IMG/VR virus record: IMGVR_UViG_3300029169_000003
Location: 1 to 56,856 of that record
Source: a virus
Lineage: Duplodnaviria; Caudoviricetes
DNA length: 56,856 nt
Strand: one strand, 5' to 3'
The notes under the pieces were generated by a model. It searched no databases, had not been told where the DNA came from, and saw only the letters and a list, made by a program, of their open reading frames with translations. This document shows, piece after piece, positions 41,201 through 48,717 of the stretch. Position 1 is the first letter of the stretch. Each line of letters begins with the position of its first letter. A program made the translations under genes and the position numbers.

Positions 41201-41527
41201 TAAAACAGACGAACCTATCCCTACACTATCACCTTGAATCGTGAACAGTGTGCCAGAACCTATCAACGCAGAAACACCGGCCCACGATATTCGTATCGTA
41301 TCACCGGTTCCGCCAAAATCTGTATTAACTGTGAAACTTAACCCAGATGTGATATCTTGAGGGGTTGCCCCTGTTATGTCGACAACTGTATCGTCATATT
41401 GTATATCTATAGTGAACGACACAACTCCTTGACCCGTTAGGTCATTGACCGTAATAGGAATCGAGAAGTTGGTTGCAAGTTCATCCTGGGTAATGTTGTC
41501 GGCAATTGTCGTAGTGACAGCCATCAA
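38201..41527 (-). CDS. Multidomain virion protein: cohesin-like 1, lectin-like jelly roll, YWTD-like propeller, TPSF repeats, cohesin-like 2, Ig-like C-terminus
   Basis: Two internally homologous domains FSIPITVNDLTGQGVVSF..YD..IRISWAG..GTLF..YNEGTP and FSVDVTTSDTTGQGCVSF..YE..IVVAWAS..GGLF..WNDDTP; KIYWST and LFFTD...KSDYDGSN. Confidence 0.75.
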   Translation of the reverse strand: MMAVTTTIADNITQDELATNFSIPITVNDLTGQGVVSFTIDIQYDDTVVDITGATPQDITSGLSFTVNTDFGGTGDTIRISWAGVSALIGSGTLFTIQGDSVGIGSSVLTLENVTYNEGTPSNTSDSGSIDIISRTPSFVLTGVDGVGVIPITPTVGTGTTPTFSFSGVTGNGDNSERYFETFGDRTVSTEHPDWSFLSNPSSETTQQVVTDVGATDGKSFQLQTVATTTRRVVLENDIINKDDIDITYRFKQDDVSTDVEYSFWVRASGGEGTESGYLVVLNSNTGFNLYEANSGSYTLKDTGTTFTRLADTYYRIRIRMIGTTLYARIWEDTDNEPSVWNAEMTDTTHTSGTFGISVSCIAGTYNLDIDTVGVGYDGVVGLFLDKTDLVFKGLTLASTSDGSLRYIDLDDDTSEVIYINNDEITSHAIHTIDEEFYVCSAALNNIVKFDKYGENISTVGTGISVVIGVEIIPSTNKILYQGFNDADLIQRDLPGFDNPVTLRNDTTPGLRIFYSESEDKIYWSTDDGHRRIDSDGTNDTLLLTETNAVSVVSDGTYFWYTSFSTGNVGRRDNDNTNNISVFTGGSEMAFITFKESTEELFFTDHTTDIVHKSDYDGSNLTSYITDIVEPTTVRFFDFISFSETATTPSFSFSSEDGTFVLDDLTVVGGTAEVPFVGVTPSITLGSITKVSTTGVISFTSEDGISNIVSGFGQTAEISFRLPVAVGLLTDVNVSIEFPNNHYENDIFSVDVTTSDTTGQGCVSFQTKILYEATVVSALSVNPIGVLAGESLTVNLTTPGEIVVAWASASPISSSGGLFEMVFQALPVPSGIASSLLTFDNFTWNDDTPTSSTQDSLIIIQDNPGLPPNIVFRGVNGSALFNGITPSFSFNGVLGIPTSTADYGYSFTPSFSFTSEDGVGDLGVITQTGINPIITFVGVDGVVSSGVVVGLGLTPTITFTSEISNSVLVGVGSTPIITFVANNGDEESFGTPTSVKLESYSEFAAKITVTPVVFDGINHVGENIRVRVKTLSNKTGDESNVPGAGFVFIKKPDKTVLGPFEMTNDVVGVYDYITSFDVDGEYYIRFQNVALDVLEEHKFVVRKSRTVI

Positions 41528-41541
41528 TCAATCCCCATTTA

Positions 41542-41949
41542 TTAAGTTGCTTTAAAACATCCGTCAGCTCCAAACTGGAACGTAAAGTCTCCACCATTCG
41601 TTACTGCCGGTGAGCTAAGTTCAACGTAAGCAATCAATTCTGAATCAGTGTCATCAACAACTTCTTTGTAGATTACCATGGCATTCACGGTACCGAAATC
41701 GGCACCCGTCCAAGTAATGTCGGCTGCATCCCAACGAACTTCATCCGCCGTATCGTCAACCGTTAATGTTTTGGATGCCAACGTCTTCCGGACATATCCG
41801 GTACCAGACAGTTCATTCGTGTCTGCGTCGTCGACAAAGTCATGATCGGCATTAAATGTATAAGACGCCGATACTAAGAACGCCTTAATAGTGTCAGTAG
41901 CCCAATCAAAACTTACTTGTTTTCCTTTATTATAAACAGCACTTGCCAT
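41542..41949 (-). CDS. Conserved small virion structural protein
   Basis: Strong GAGGAG RBS; ELSGTGYVR, WDAADITWT and TNGGDFTFQF motifs common in phage structural genes. Confidence 0.7.
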   Translation of the reverse strand: MASAVYNKGKQVSFDWATDTIKAFLVSASYTFNADHDFVDDADTNELSGTGYVRKTLASKTLTVDDTADEVRWDAADITWTGADFGTVNAMVIYKEVVDDTDSELIAYVELSSPAVTNGGDFTFQFGADGCFKAT

Positions 41950-42019
41950 TTCCTTCTCCTCGTTAAATTAAAAATCTTGTTATATTATATGTGAATTTTT
42001 TGTTAATGTTCCGCACCTG

Positions 42020-42397
42020 TTAAGGTTTAAGGAACTTATACGTAATACTCTTACTAATCGGTACATGTGTATCTGTACCTTTCATATCGATATATAATGG
42101 TTGAAGTCGTGCATTCGTTTGGTAGTCTGTAGTCCAAACGTTGTCAGCCAATCTCACAGTTTGGTTAACTGGAAAATTAATAACAATCGTTGTTCCGTTT
42201 CTCGTTATCCTAACATCCGACACGATAGTCGGAGTTGTTGTCCCGCTAACCCAACTTCCACCAGTATTTTTAAATTCTATAACACCCTGAGTTATAAACG
42301 CGACATCTAAATCATCTGTAGTGTATTGTGAAACGTTTTTCCTTAAAAATGTATCGAAGTAAGTATTGTCGTAACTATTCAAAAAAAACTCCGGCAC
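42020..42397 (-). CDS. Hypothetical protein
   Basis: Overlaps the end of the LamG gene. Confidence 0.55.
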   Translation of the reverse strand: MPEFFLNSYDNTYFDTFLRKNVSQYTTDDLDVAFITQGVIEFKNTGGSWVSGTTTPTIVSDVRITRNGTTIVINFPVNQTVRLADNVWTTDYQTNARLQPLYIDMKGTDTHVPISKSITYKFLKP

Positions 42398-43955
42398 CGG
42401 AATTATAATAAAACGCTTCCTCTGACGGTGTTAACAATCCTCCACGACGGAAACCCATACCATCAAATACCGCATCTGCATAATTTGCCGTTGCGATGCC
42501 GCCAATACGTAAAGGTATTGTGTTAGGAAGAAGAACATCTCCGCTTGTCGTTAAGGTTTCGGCAGTACCACCATTTATAGATAAACTTATTAGGTCGTTG
42601 TCTTTATCGTGTTTGAACACATAGAAGTACCATGTAGAGATTGATAATGTATCACCATGTGTTAATATTTTGGCACCCCCATCTGTGTTTATTCTGAACC
42701 GTAGTTTATCAGATGATAGTACATGAAGGTGATAGGAACTTGTCGACTGTCCCGTGATACCATGGTTTTGACCCACACTGTTTAACTTAAACCAACCCCA
42801 ACCGCAAAAATCTTCATCTTCTATATTTTTGTAAATTAGAGATTCACTCGTTAACAATTGGGAGGATGCAGTAACAAAGTTCGCACCGTTCCCGTTTTTA
42901 CCTGTAACGAACGTAACACCGTTAACATTAGTTAATGGGGCCAACCCGTTCTCTTCCGTCAAATCGGAAAGGTTGTACTGAGTTTCAGCACCCTTCTGAT
43001 TAAATAGTTCTGCATACGTCGTACCAAACCCGTCGTTGTAGAAATCATTTATCTCGTCTTCCGTCAACACTCTATCCCACATTGCAAAATTATCTACGCG
43101 AGAATCAGATGATGTTAGATTATACGTGGCACCAATAATAAAATCTTGAGATGGTTGAATGTCGGCAGCAGACAATGCAGAAATGCTAGATGAACCAATA
43201 CTTGTAAACCCGTTTTTATAACAGGTCATATTACCGGATCTATCGTATGTTATGACTAAACAGCCCCACTCATTGTCCGTCAAACTGGATGCATCCGTAC
43301 TAAGTTTGATCTGTGTTGTATCGTCTTGGAACAATAACTCCCATTTATCTGTCTGTGGTGTTATCTTAAACCCTTCTTCGCCACCGCCAAAGTTTCCACC
43401 AAAGGTCACTAATCCGCTTCCGCTAGAATTTGTTGATTCGATGTAATAGAAAAACGCTACAGTCATGTCGGACAACCCTGGACTTAAGATGGGTGCCGCG
43501 TTTGCATTCAATACCCTGTAATAATTTCCACCGCTTGTCGTGTAGATTGCATCTCCGTTATTTCCCGTAGAATGGGTTGGAGTTCCTACTGCAACCAAAT
43601 CTAACCCATTCGTGTGGGAATCGGTATTATCTTCACCTTCATAAAACACCAACATGTCAGTCATTAGGGAACTAGGTATGTTAGATACCGGGACTGTACC
43701 ACTACCGTCTACACCACTCATACTAACAGATGGAGTAGACCCTACACCACTAATAGTTCCTAACACAATGGAAGGCGCACCACCTACAAACGCCATAGAA
43801 GACGTTGCAGACGTTTCACTAATACTTCCGAAAGTTGTTGACGGGATAACACCCATAAAGTCTATACTTGGCGTAACACCACGAAAGACAGGTTCTCCAC
43901 CGAATAGAGCTGTACCTGTCTTACCCGTCATACCCATACTCAAAGTTAAAGCCAT
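42375..43955 (-). CDS. Virion protein with two LamG/concanavalin-like domains and N-terminal TPS repeats
   Basis: DNEWGCLVITYDR...VDNFAMWDRVLTEDEI..FYNDG; STWYFYVFKHD...LTPSEEAFYYNSG. Confidence 0.8.
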   Translation of the reverse strand: MALTLSMGMTGKTGTALFGGEPVFRGVTPSIDFMGVIPSTTFGSISETSATSSMAFVGGAPSIVLGTISGVGSTPSVSMSGVDGSGTVPVSNIPSSLMTDMLVFYEGEDNTDSHTNGLDLVAVGTPTHSTGNNGDAIYTTSGGNYYRVLNANAAPILSPGLSDMTVAFFYYIESTNSSGSGLVTFGGNFGGGEEGFKITPQTDKWELLFQDDTTQIKLSTDASSLTDNEWGCLVITYDRSGNMTCYKNGFTSIGSSSISALSAADIQPSQDFIIGATYNLTSSDSRVDNFAMWDRVLTEDEINDFYNDGFGTTYAELFNQKGAETQYNLSDLTEENGLAPLTNVNGVTFVTGKNGNGANFVTASSQLLTSESLIYKNIEDEDFCGWGWFKLNSVGQNHGITGQSTSSYHLHVLSSDKLRFRINTDGGAKILTHGDTLSISTWYFYVFKHDKDNDLISLSINGGTAETLTTSGDVLLPNTIPLRIGGIATANYADAVFDGMGFRRGGLLTPSEEAFYYNSGAGVFFE

Positions 43956-43956
43956 G

Positions 43957-44283
43957 TTAACCTCCTATGTATGCGTATGCCTTTCCCGCCGATAACTTAA
44001 TTTTCTTAAACGGTCCCCAGATTATATCACCATCGACTTGTATGTCGGCGCTGTTCGGTGTGTCGCCAGCGGCCATAACCGTTCCGTTATGATCTATAGT
44101 TCCGCCTTCCAAAATCTTTACTGCGACCCATTTTTTTATATCTGGATGATACGTATTGCTTCCATCACTTGTACCACCATTACCGTCTTGACTTTCTTCA
44201 AAATCTGCATGATGGATCACGGTGCCCGTAATGCGCGTCATCCCGTACTGACCCATCTCTCCTGAATATTTCCCACTCATCAA
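43957..44283 (-). CDS. Small virion/hypothetical protein
   Basis: AGGAG RBS; GDIIWGPFKKIKLSAGKAYAY C-terminus. Confidence 0.6.
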   Translation of the reverse strand: MMSGKYSGEMGQYGMTRITGTVIHHADFEESQDGNGGTSDGSNTYHPDIKKWVAVKILEGGTIDHNGTVMAAGDTPNSADIQVDGDIIWGPFKKIKLSAGKAYAYIGG

Positions 44284-44294
44284 TCAATCTCCTT

Positions 44295-44792
44295 TTATTC
44301 GTCTTCTTCGTCGTCAACAACAAGTACGTCTGACAACACAACCACGAGTTTACTCATATCCATCTCGACCATGTCCTCATGTTCCAACATTTCCATTGCA
44401 ACAAATTCTATCATCTCAGGACTCATTGACTCCATCCCGTCAGTGTTTGTAACGTTGTGTTGAACCTGTGATTTGGGTAAGTATTCACCCAACAATTCCA
44501 TTAGGAATTTAGCTTCACCCAACTCTCCGGCCTCAGCTTTGTCGCCGAGGGCGTTAATAATATTTGTTAAACGGTCTTCAACTCCGCCTAAACGTTTCTT
44601 AAAAACCAACGCCTTAAAGTCTGCATCCTGTCTCCACCTATAAGTTGTGGGTTGTGTTGTACCGTACTGTTCGCAGAATTCGTTAAGGAATCTAGGTATA
44701 CGTTGTTCTTTAGGTGACGCCAACCATGTGGCAAACGTCTCCCTCACTTCGTTGTTACGGGGTCTCCCCATCTGTGTCTTCTTTTTCGCCAT
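44295..44792 (-). CDS. Putative terminase small subunit (HTH)
   Basis: FATWLASP...EFCEQYGTTQPTTYRWRQDADF HTH; ALGDKAEAG...AKFLMELLGEY. Confidence 0.7.
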   Translation of the reverse strand: MAKKKTQMGRPRNNEVRETFATWLASPKEQRIPRFLNEFCEQYGTTQPTTYRWRQDADFKALVFKKRLGGVEDRLTNIINALGDKAEAGELGEAKFLMELLGEYLPKSQVQHNVTNTDGMESMSPEMIEFVAMEMLEHEDMVEMDMSKLVVVLSDVLVVDDEEDE

Positions 44793-44877
44793 AACCTGTA
44801 ATATTGTTGATAGTTAGGTTATTAACGAAATCTTCACAAACAATGTTCCTCATTATGTATTATATTTAAAATAAAAA

Positions 44878-45210
44878 ATGAAATTTATACTTTCCATATC
44901 GAATGGTTTCGCTTCGTTGTATAAACACGAATACGGGTTTTTGCTTTGGAGGGATGATACTGGGTCAGAAAGAAAAACTATGTTAGAATGGACTATAGAT
45001 GAATCTACGGCAAAGCTATACAACTATCAGGATAACACAAAGTCGTGGAAGGAAGGTGATGTAACTATGAGGTTTAAGAGTAAGGAGGACGTAATCACCG
45101 CAGCAAAACGTATGTGTTTTATATTGGGGTTTAAATATCGTAATGAAAAGCCTTACCTCGAATACAATGGTGAAGTGTTATGGAAATACGGTAACGTAAC
45201 GACCAGATAG
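44878..45210 (+). CDS. Hypothetical protein, lone opposite-strand gene
   Basis: ATG after an AT-rich gap; followed by a long inverted repeat. Confidence 0.65.
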   Translation: MKFILSISNGFASLYKHEYGFLLWRDDTGSERKTMLEWTIDESTAKLYNYQDNTKSWKEGDVTMRFKSKEDVITAAKRMCFILGFKYRNEKPYLEYNGEVLWKYGNVTTR

Positions 45211-45214
45211 TATT

Positions 45215-45265
45215 GTATACGTATACGTTGACTGGAAGTAATAATGTGTCAACGTATACGTATAC
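45215..45265. terminator. 18-bp perfect inverted repeat between convergent genes
   Basis: GTATACGTATACGTTGAC / GTCAACGTATACGTATAC, 15-nt loop. Confidence 0.7.
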
Positions 45266-45267
45266 TT

Positions 45268-45612
45268 TTAAACTTTGAACATTGAATCTACAAACACGTC
45301 CATCTCCGAACTACTTAACTCTTCTCCTTTCTCCAACTTGTTCAACCCCAACGTGTAGTAATCCGGTTCTTCGTTGCCGAAACTATACGTACTTCCTTTG
45401 AACGTTTTAAATTGAAGTTTTTCTATAATCCTGGGACACCCTCGACTTATTATCCCCTCTATAACGTGTCGTTGTAGGAGAGGAACTGTTAATTTGTCGA
45501 CATGGATAGAGGAAGGGAGTACCAGTTCAGGTATCTTTATATATGGCGATAAAACCGTTCCGGCCAAACCTCCGGCCAATGTTTTAAAGAAACGCCGTCT
45601 ACTTAAACTCAT
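45268..45612 (-). CDS. Tat-signal protein containing a copy of the major capsid N-terminal segment
   Basis: SRRRFFKTLAGGLAG; 20/42 ungapped identity to capsid KLTVP...FNYE by hand alignment. Confidence 0.75.
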   Translation of the reverse strand: MSLSRRRFFKTLAGGLAGTVLSPYIKIPELVLPSSIHVDKLTVPLLQRHVIEGIISRGCPRIIEKLQFKTFKGSTYSFGNEEPDYYTLGLNKLEKGEELSSSEMDVFVDSMFKV

Positions 45613-46013
45613 GTCACCGTTATATTTGTTTTTTGGATATCGCTATATAGACATTGAGGTTCATCATGTTTATTATCGTCTAAGATTTCCATGAACTTTT
45701 CAATAGTCGTTTCGTCACTTAAAACATCTTTTATTTCTTTGTATGTTATAATGGGTGTTCCAACCTTCATGTCCCATTTTGGGTACTTCGGATTGAACGT
45801 ACCAAGTACGATCTTTTGCTGTTCTTCTAACTGTTCTGGTTTTGGCGGCTTATCAAACAGCGTTATGTGAATAAGATAGTCTACCCTCATATCACGGTTT
45901 AAATAATTATCGACTCCGAACATTTCAAAACTTTCATATAAATTCTCCAACCCTTTGTTTACGTACCGATAATTTACATTATATGGAGTTTCAACCTGGA
46001 CTATATGTTTCAT
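45609..46013 (-). CDS. Hypothetical protein
   Basis: Coupled ORF. Confidence 0.65.
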   Translation of the reverse strand: MKHIVQVETPYNVNYRYVNKGLENLYESFEMFGVDNYLNRDMRVDYLIHITLFDKPPKPEQLEEQQKIVLGTFNPKYPKWDMKVGTPIITYKEIKDVLSDETTIEKFMEILDDNKHDEPQCLYSDIQKTNITVT

Positions 46014-46446
46014 AACTTTCTTCCGATAAATCTGAAATTCTTCGATATGGTTTATGGTGGGGTTTTAGAAAATTCCCAGACCATTCACTTTTCTTACTAT
46101 ACATTTCCGCAAATCCTCCCTCAACCAACGCCGTGTGAACTTCCTTTTCTTCCGGATCGTCTTTATTGTATCGATACGTACGGATATTATCTCTCAGTTC
46201 GTCGTATTTGTGTTTATTTTCTTCCCACGATTTCTCTCGTTCGTTAAACCAATTCAACCAAGAATAAATACCTCCAGATTGTTTTACTTTAACTACCCCT
46301 CCATTCAACACTTTCTCGTACTCCCCACGTTCAACCAACTCCTGTCTTTCATTTTGTTCTAACGACTCCACCCACCAATCATTATCACTCTCCGTCACCA
46401 TAAACCAATCATACAACCATCTTAAAAACTTCATTAATTTCTTCAC
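45991..46446 (-). CDS. Hypothetical protein
   Basis: Coupled ORF. Confidence 0.65.
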   Translation of the reverse strand: MKKLMKFLRWLYDWFMVTESDNDWWVESLEQNERQELVERGEYEKVLNGGVVKVKQSGGIYSWLNWFNEREKSWEENKHKYDELRDNIRTYRYNKDDPEEKEVHTALVEGGFAEMYSKKSEWSGNFLKPHHKPYRRISDLSEESYETYSPG

Positions 46447-46732
46447 GGTTTAACTTGATAATACGGCGTGTATAATATTCAGTGTAGTATGATGGACCCG
46501 ATTCATACGTTGAATCGTCTTTCGTTATCAATTCTCCTTCCCATCGATAAATCCCTGGTTGTCGAAACTTTTCTTCATAATCAACACCTATCAAGTCTTC
46601 AACAAAAAAATCACCACAATTCTCGATATCCTCCAATATAAACGGTTCATCAGTATGTAATACTATTGATTGGCGTATACCTGTAACGAAAATGAATGAG
46701 GTTAAATTATCTTCACGTTTATCAAACAACAT
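46409..46732 (-). CDS. Hypothetical protein
   Basis: ATG at 46732 downstream of AGGGG. Confidence 0.6.
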   Translation of the reverse strand: MLFDKREDNLTSFIFVTGIRQSIVLHTDEPFILEDIENCGDFFVEDLIGVDYEEKFRQPGIYRWEGELITKDDSTYESGPSYYTEYYTRRIIKLNREEINEVFKMVV

Positions 46733-47093
46733 ATTGTTTTTCCCCTGGTAAAATAAAATCATCAACATTAAAACGCATGTTAAACAATTCGGTCAACTCT
46801 TCCCATATATCATCGGTCCATGAATTCGTTATAATGTTTAGTAACATGTAAAAAACGTCAAAAGTTGTATCGTTAATATAAAACAATCCTGTATTTTTTA
46901 ACAATACATGTTTACTATTTAAATCTATATTTAAATACGTGTCTTTAAAATAATCATCTCCATCATAACCAACAACAAACCCGTCTTTATATCTAACGAT
47001 ATTCCAAACAAAATCGTTTAAATCTTGGACGTCCAACGTTTCGATGTTAACGGCAGCAGGATATTTGTTTATAAGGTAAATCATTTTTAACAA
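46722..47093 (-). CDS. Hypothetical protein
   Basis: Coupled ORF. Confidence 0.6.
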   Translation of the reverse strand: MLKMIYLINKYPAAVNIETLDVQDLNDFVWNIVRYKDGFVVGYDGDDYFKDTYLNIDLNSKHVLLKNTGLFYINDTTFDVFYMLLNIITNSWTDDIWEELTELFNMRFNVDDFILPGEKQYVV

Positions 47094-47458
47094 CTTTTTA
47101 CGTTACGTACACCATACAAACAAGTACAACAATCTCTCCCAACGTCGTCATCGTGTTTCTTATGATGATAATTATGAAATGTCTTAAAATCTTTATATTG
47201 GTGAGAGACAGTCTCCGTCTTACTAACTTCGCCGGATATGGTTTGTCGTACCACATAATATTCGTACGTAGTGTATAACGGTGTGGTGTCAACAACAGTA
47301 TAATTCAACCGTACAAAGTCTCCACCACTCCTCCAACTACAATGATTGTATGGAGTAACAAAAGTCATTAACAACACCAATATTATAAACATGATAATAA
47401 CAATATTAATAATATTAAGTAAAAGATATATTTGGGGTCGGAGGTATTCATAAAACAA
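47087..47458 (-). CDS. Membrane-anchored hypothetical protein
   Basis: N-terminal hydrophobic segment; His/Cys-rich tail (HNYHH..H, CCTC). Confidence 0.5.
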   Translation of the reverse strand: MFYEYLRPQIYLLLNIINIVIIMFIILVLLMTFVTPYNHCSWRSGGDFVRLNYTVVDTTPLYTTYEYYVVRQTISGEVSKTETVSHQYKDFKTFHNYHHKKHDDDVGRDCCTCLYGVRNVKSC

Positions 47459-47502
47459 TATACATATTATAACAACAATATGTTTTAACCGTTACAAAAA
47501 TG

Positions 47503-47907
47503 TTACAAAGTTTTGGTAATGGTAATATAACTTTCTTGGTCTTTCAAACTACATTCCAAAAACGGGTAGACGCGACGTACATCATACTGTGCCTTCTCCA
47601 CTACATATTCCACAGGGAAACGTTTTAGAAACCATGTGGGGAATAAATCCCGTTTCACTCTATCCCACCACGTTTTACATATTTTGGATTGGAAGTAAAC
47701 GGTATCCACGTCCTCCCCAACCATACAAGTTTCAATAAACATACGGATTTCGTTTTCAGTGATATCACGAACTTGATGAACACTTATTCGATCACGATTA
47801 AAACTAAAGTATTTAGTATAACGATGGATCGGTAGTTGTATACTTTCCGATTTATACAACGGACCCGCATTATAACCGTTGTAGGCTTCTGGATAATCGT
47901 TCGCCAT
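47503..47907 (-). CDS. Hypothetical protein
   Basis: TWWDRVKRDLFPTWFLKRFPV motif; TAATG coupling. Confidence 0.65.
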   Translation of the reverse strand: MANDYPEAYNGYNAGPLYKSESIQLPIHRYTKYFSFNRDRISVHQVRDITENEIRMFIETCMVGEDVDTVYFQSKICKTWWDRVKRDLFPTWFLKRFPVEYVVEKAQYDVRRVYPFLECSLKDQESYITITKTL

Positions 47908-48218
47908 TATACACCTTTCATTATTAAATAACTTATAACTGTAAGTATATCATCAATACCGAACGTTTTTACAGTTACTCGATTGTTCTTTTTATCGACT
48001 ACAACAATACTATCATCGTTCAATATTTCAACTAAAGTACGTTGTTCGTAATTGGTATACTCCAACGATACACCACCGTTTGGTGCTGGATTGATAATTT
48101 GAGGAATAAACGATGTAGTTACATCATACGCAACATCTATTGTTTTTTCAGTAGGTAACGGATAACCATCAACACGCACCAATCGTATAGATTGCAACCG
48201 TTCGTGGACTTTACTCAT
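47907..48218 (-). CDS. Hypothetical protein
   Basis: PAPNGGVSLEY motif; coupled. Confidence 0.65.
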   Translation of the reverse strand: MSKVHERLQSIRLVRVDGYPLPTEKTIDVAYDVTTSFIPQIINPAPNGGVSLEYTNYEQRTLVEILNDDSIVVVDKKNNRVTVKTFGIDDILTVISYLIMKGV

Positions 48219-48457
48219 TTATACACCTCAATATTAACACGTTTGTTTTTGTATATCACGCAATATAAATCCCAGATCGTTCTCATAAACTGTTTAAACT
48301 TTCTCCATTTTCCCAACCCTCCAAAGTCCACAGTCTTTAGTTCGTAATTAACTTCAGTGTTGTTTAGTTCAGTAACGATTTCGTGGAAAATCTCGTCCTC
48401 ATCCAACTCAATCCTACCATCAAAAGTATTCTCATATATCTCGTTCAGTGTACTCAT
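48215..48457 (-). CDS. Hypothetical protein
   Basis: ATGA coupling. Confidence 0.6.
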   Translation of the reverse strand: MSTLNEIYENTFDGRIELDEDEIFHEIVTELNNTEVNYELKTVDFGGLGKWRKFKQFMRTIWDLYCVIYKNKRVNIEVYK

Positions 48458-48717
48458 TTTAATATTTCTCCTAATCCATTACATATTGGACATTCGTACG
48501 TCATATCACTCTCTATATAAACGGTTCCGTCATCACATTCATCACACTTCACATACACATCAATCATAACTCCATAATGAATTACTAAAAAATCATCTAA
48601 TGCTTCATCGTCTGACTTATATTTACCAAATTGTCTTTGATGTTTGATTGCGTCTTCTTCAGTTATATGGATAGTTGAAGTTCCTCCCGTAATATGGGGT
48701 TCCATAAATTCGATCAT
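48454..48717 (-). CDS. Small protein with C-terminal Zn finger
   Basis: CDECDDG...CPICNGLG. Confidence 0.65.
   Translation of the reverse strand: MIEFMEPHITGGTSTIHITEEDAIKHQRQFGKYKSDDEALDDFLVIHYGVMIDVYVKCDECDDGTVYIESDMTYECPICNGLGEILK

Noticed and set aside
36807-43955. Diversity-generating retroelement acting on the fibre genes
   Set aside because: No reverse transcriptase and no adenine-variant template/variable repeat pair seen; the repeats are protein-level only
13790-43995. Many + strand ORFs within the structural block (e.g. 14858, 21923, 29427, 39306)
   Set aside because: Antisense shadows of long - strand genes, Ser/Leu/Phe-rich with no motifs
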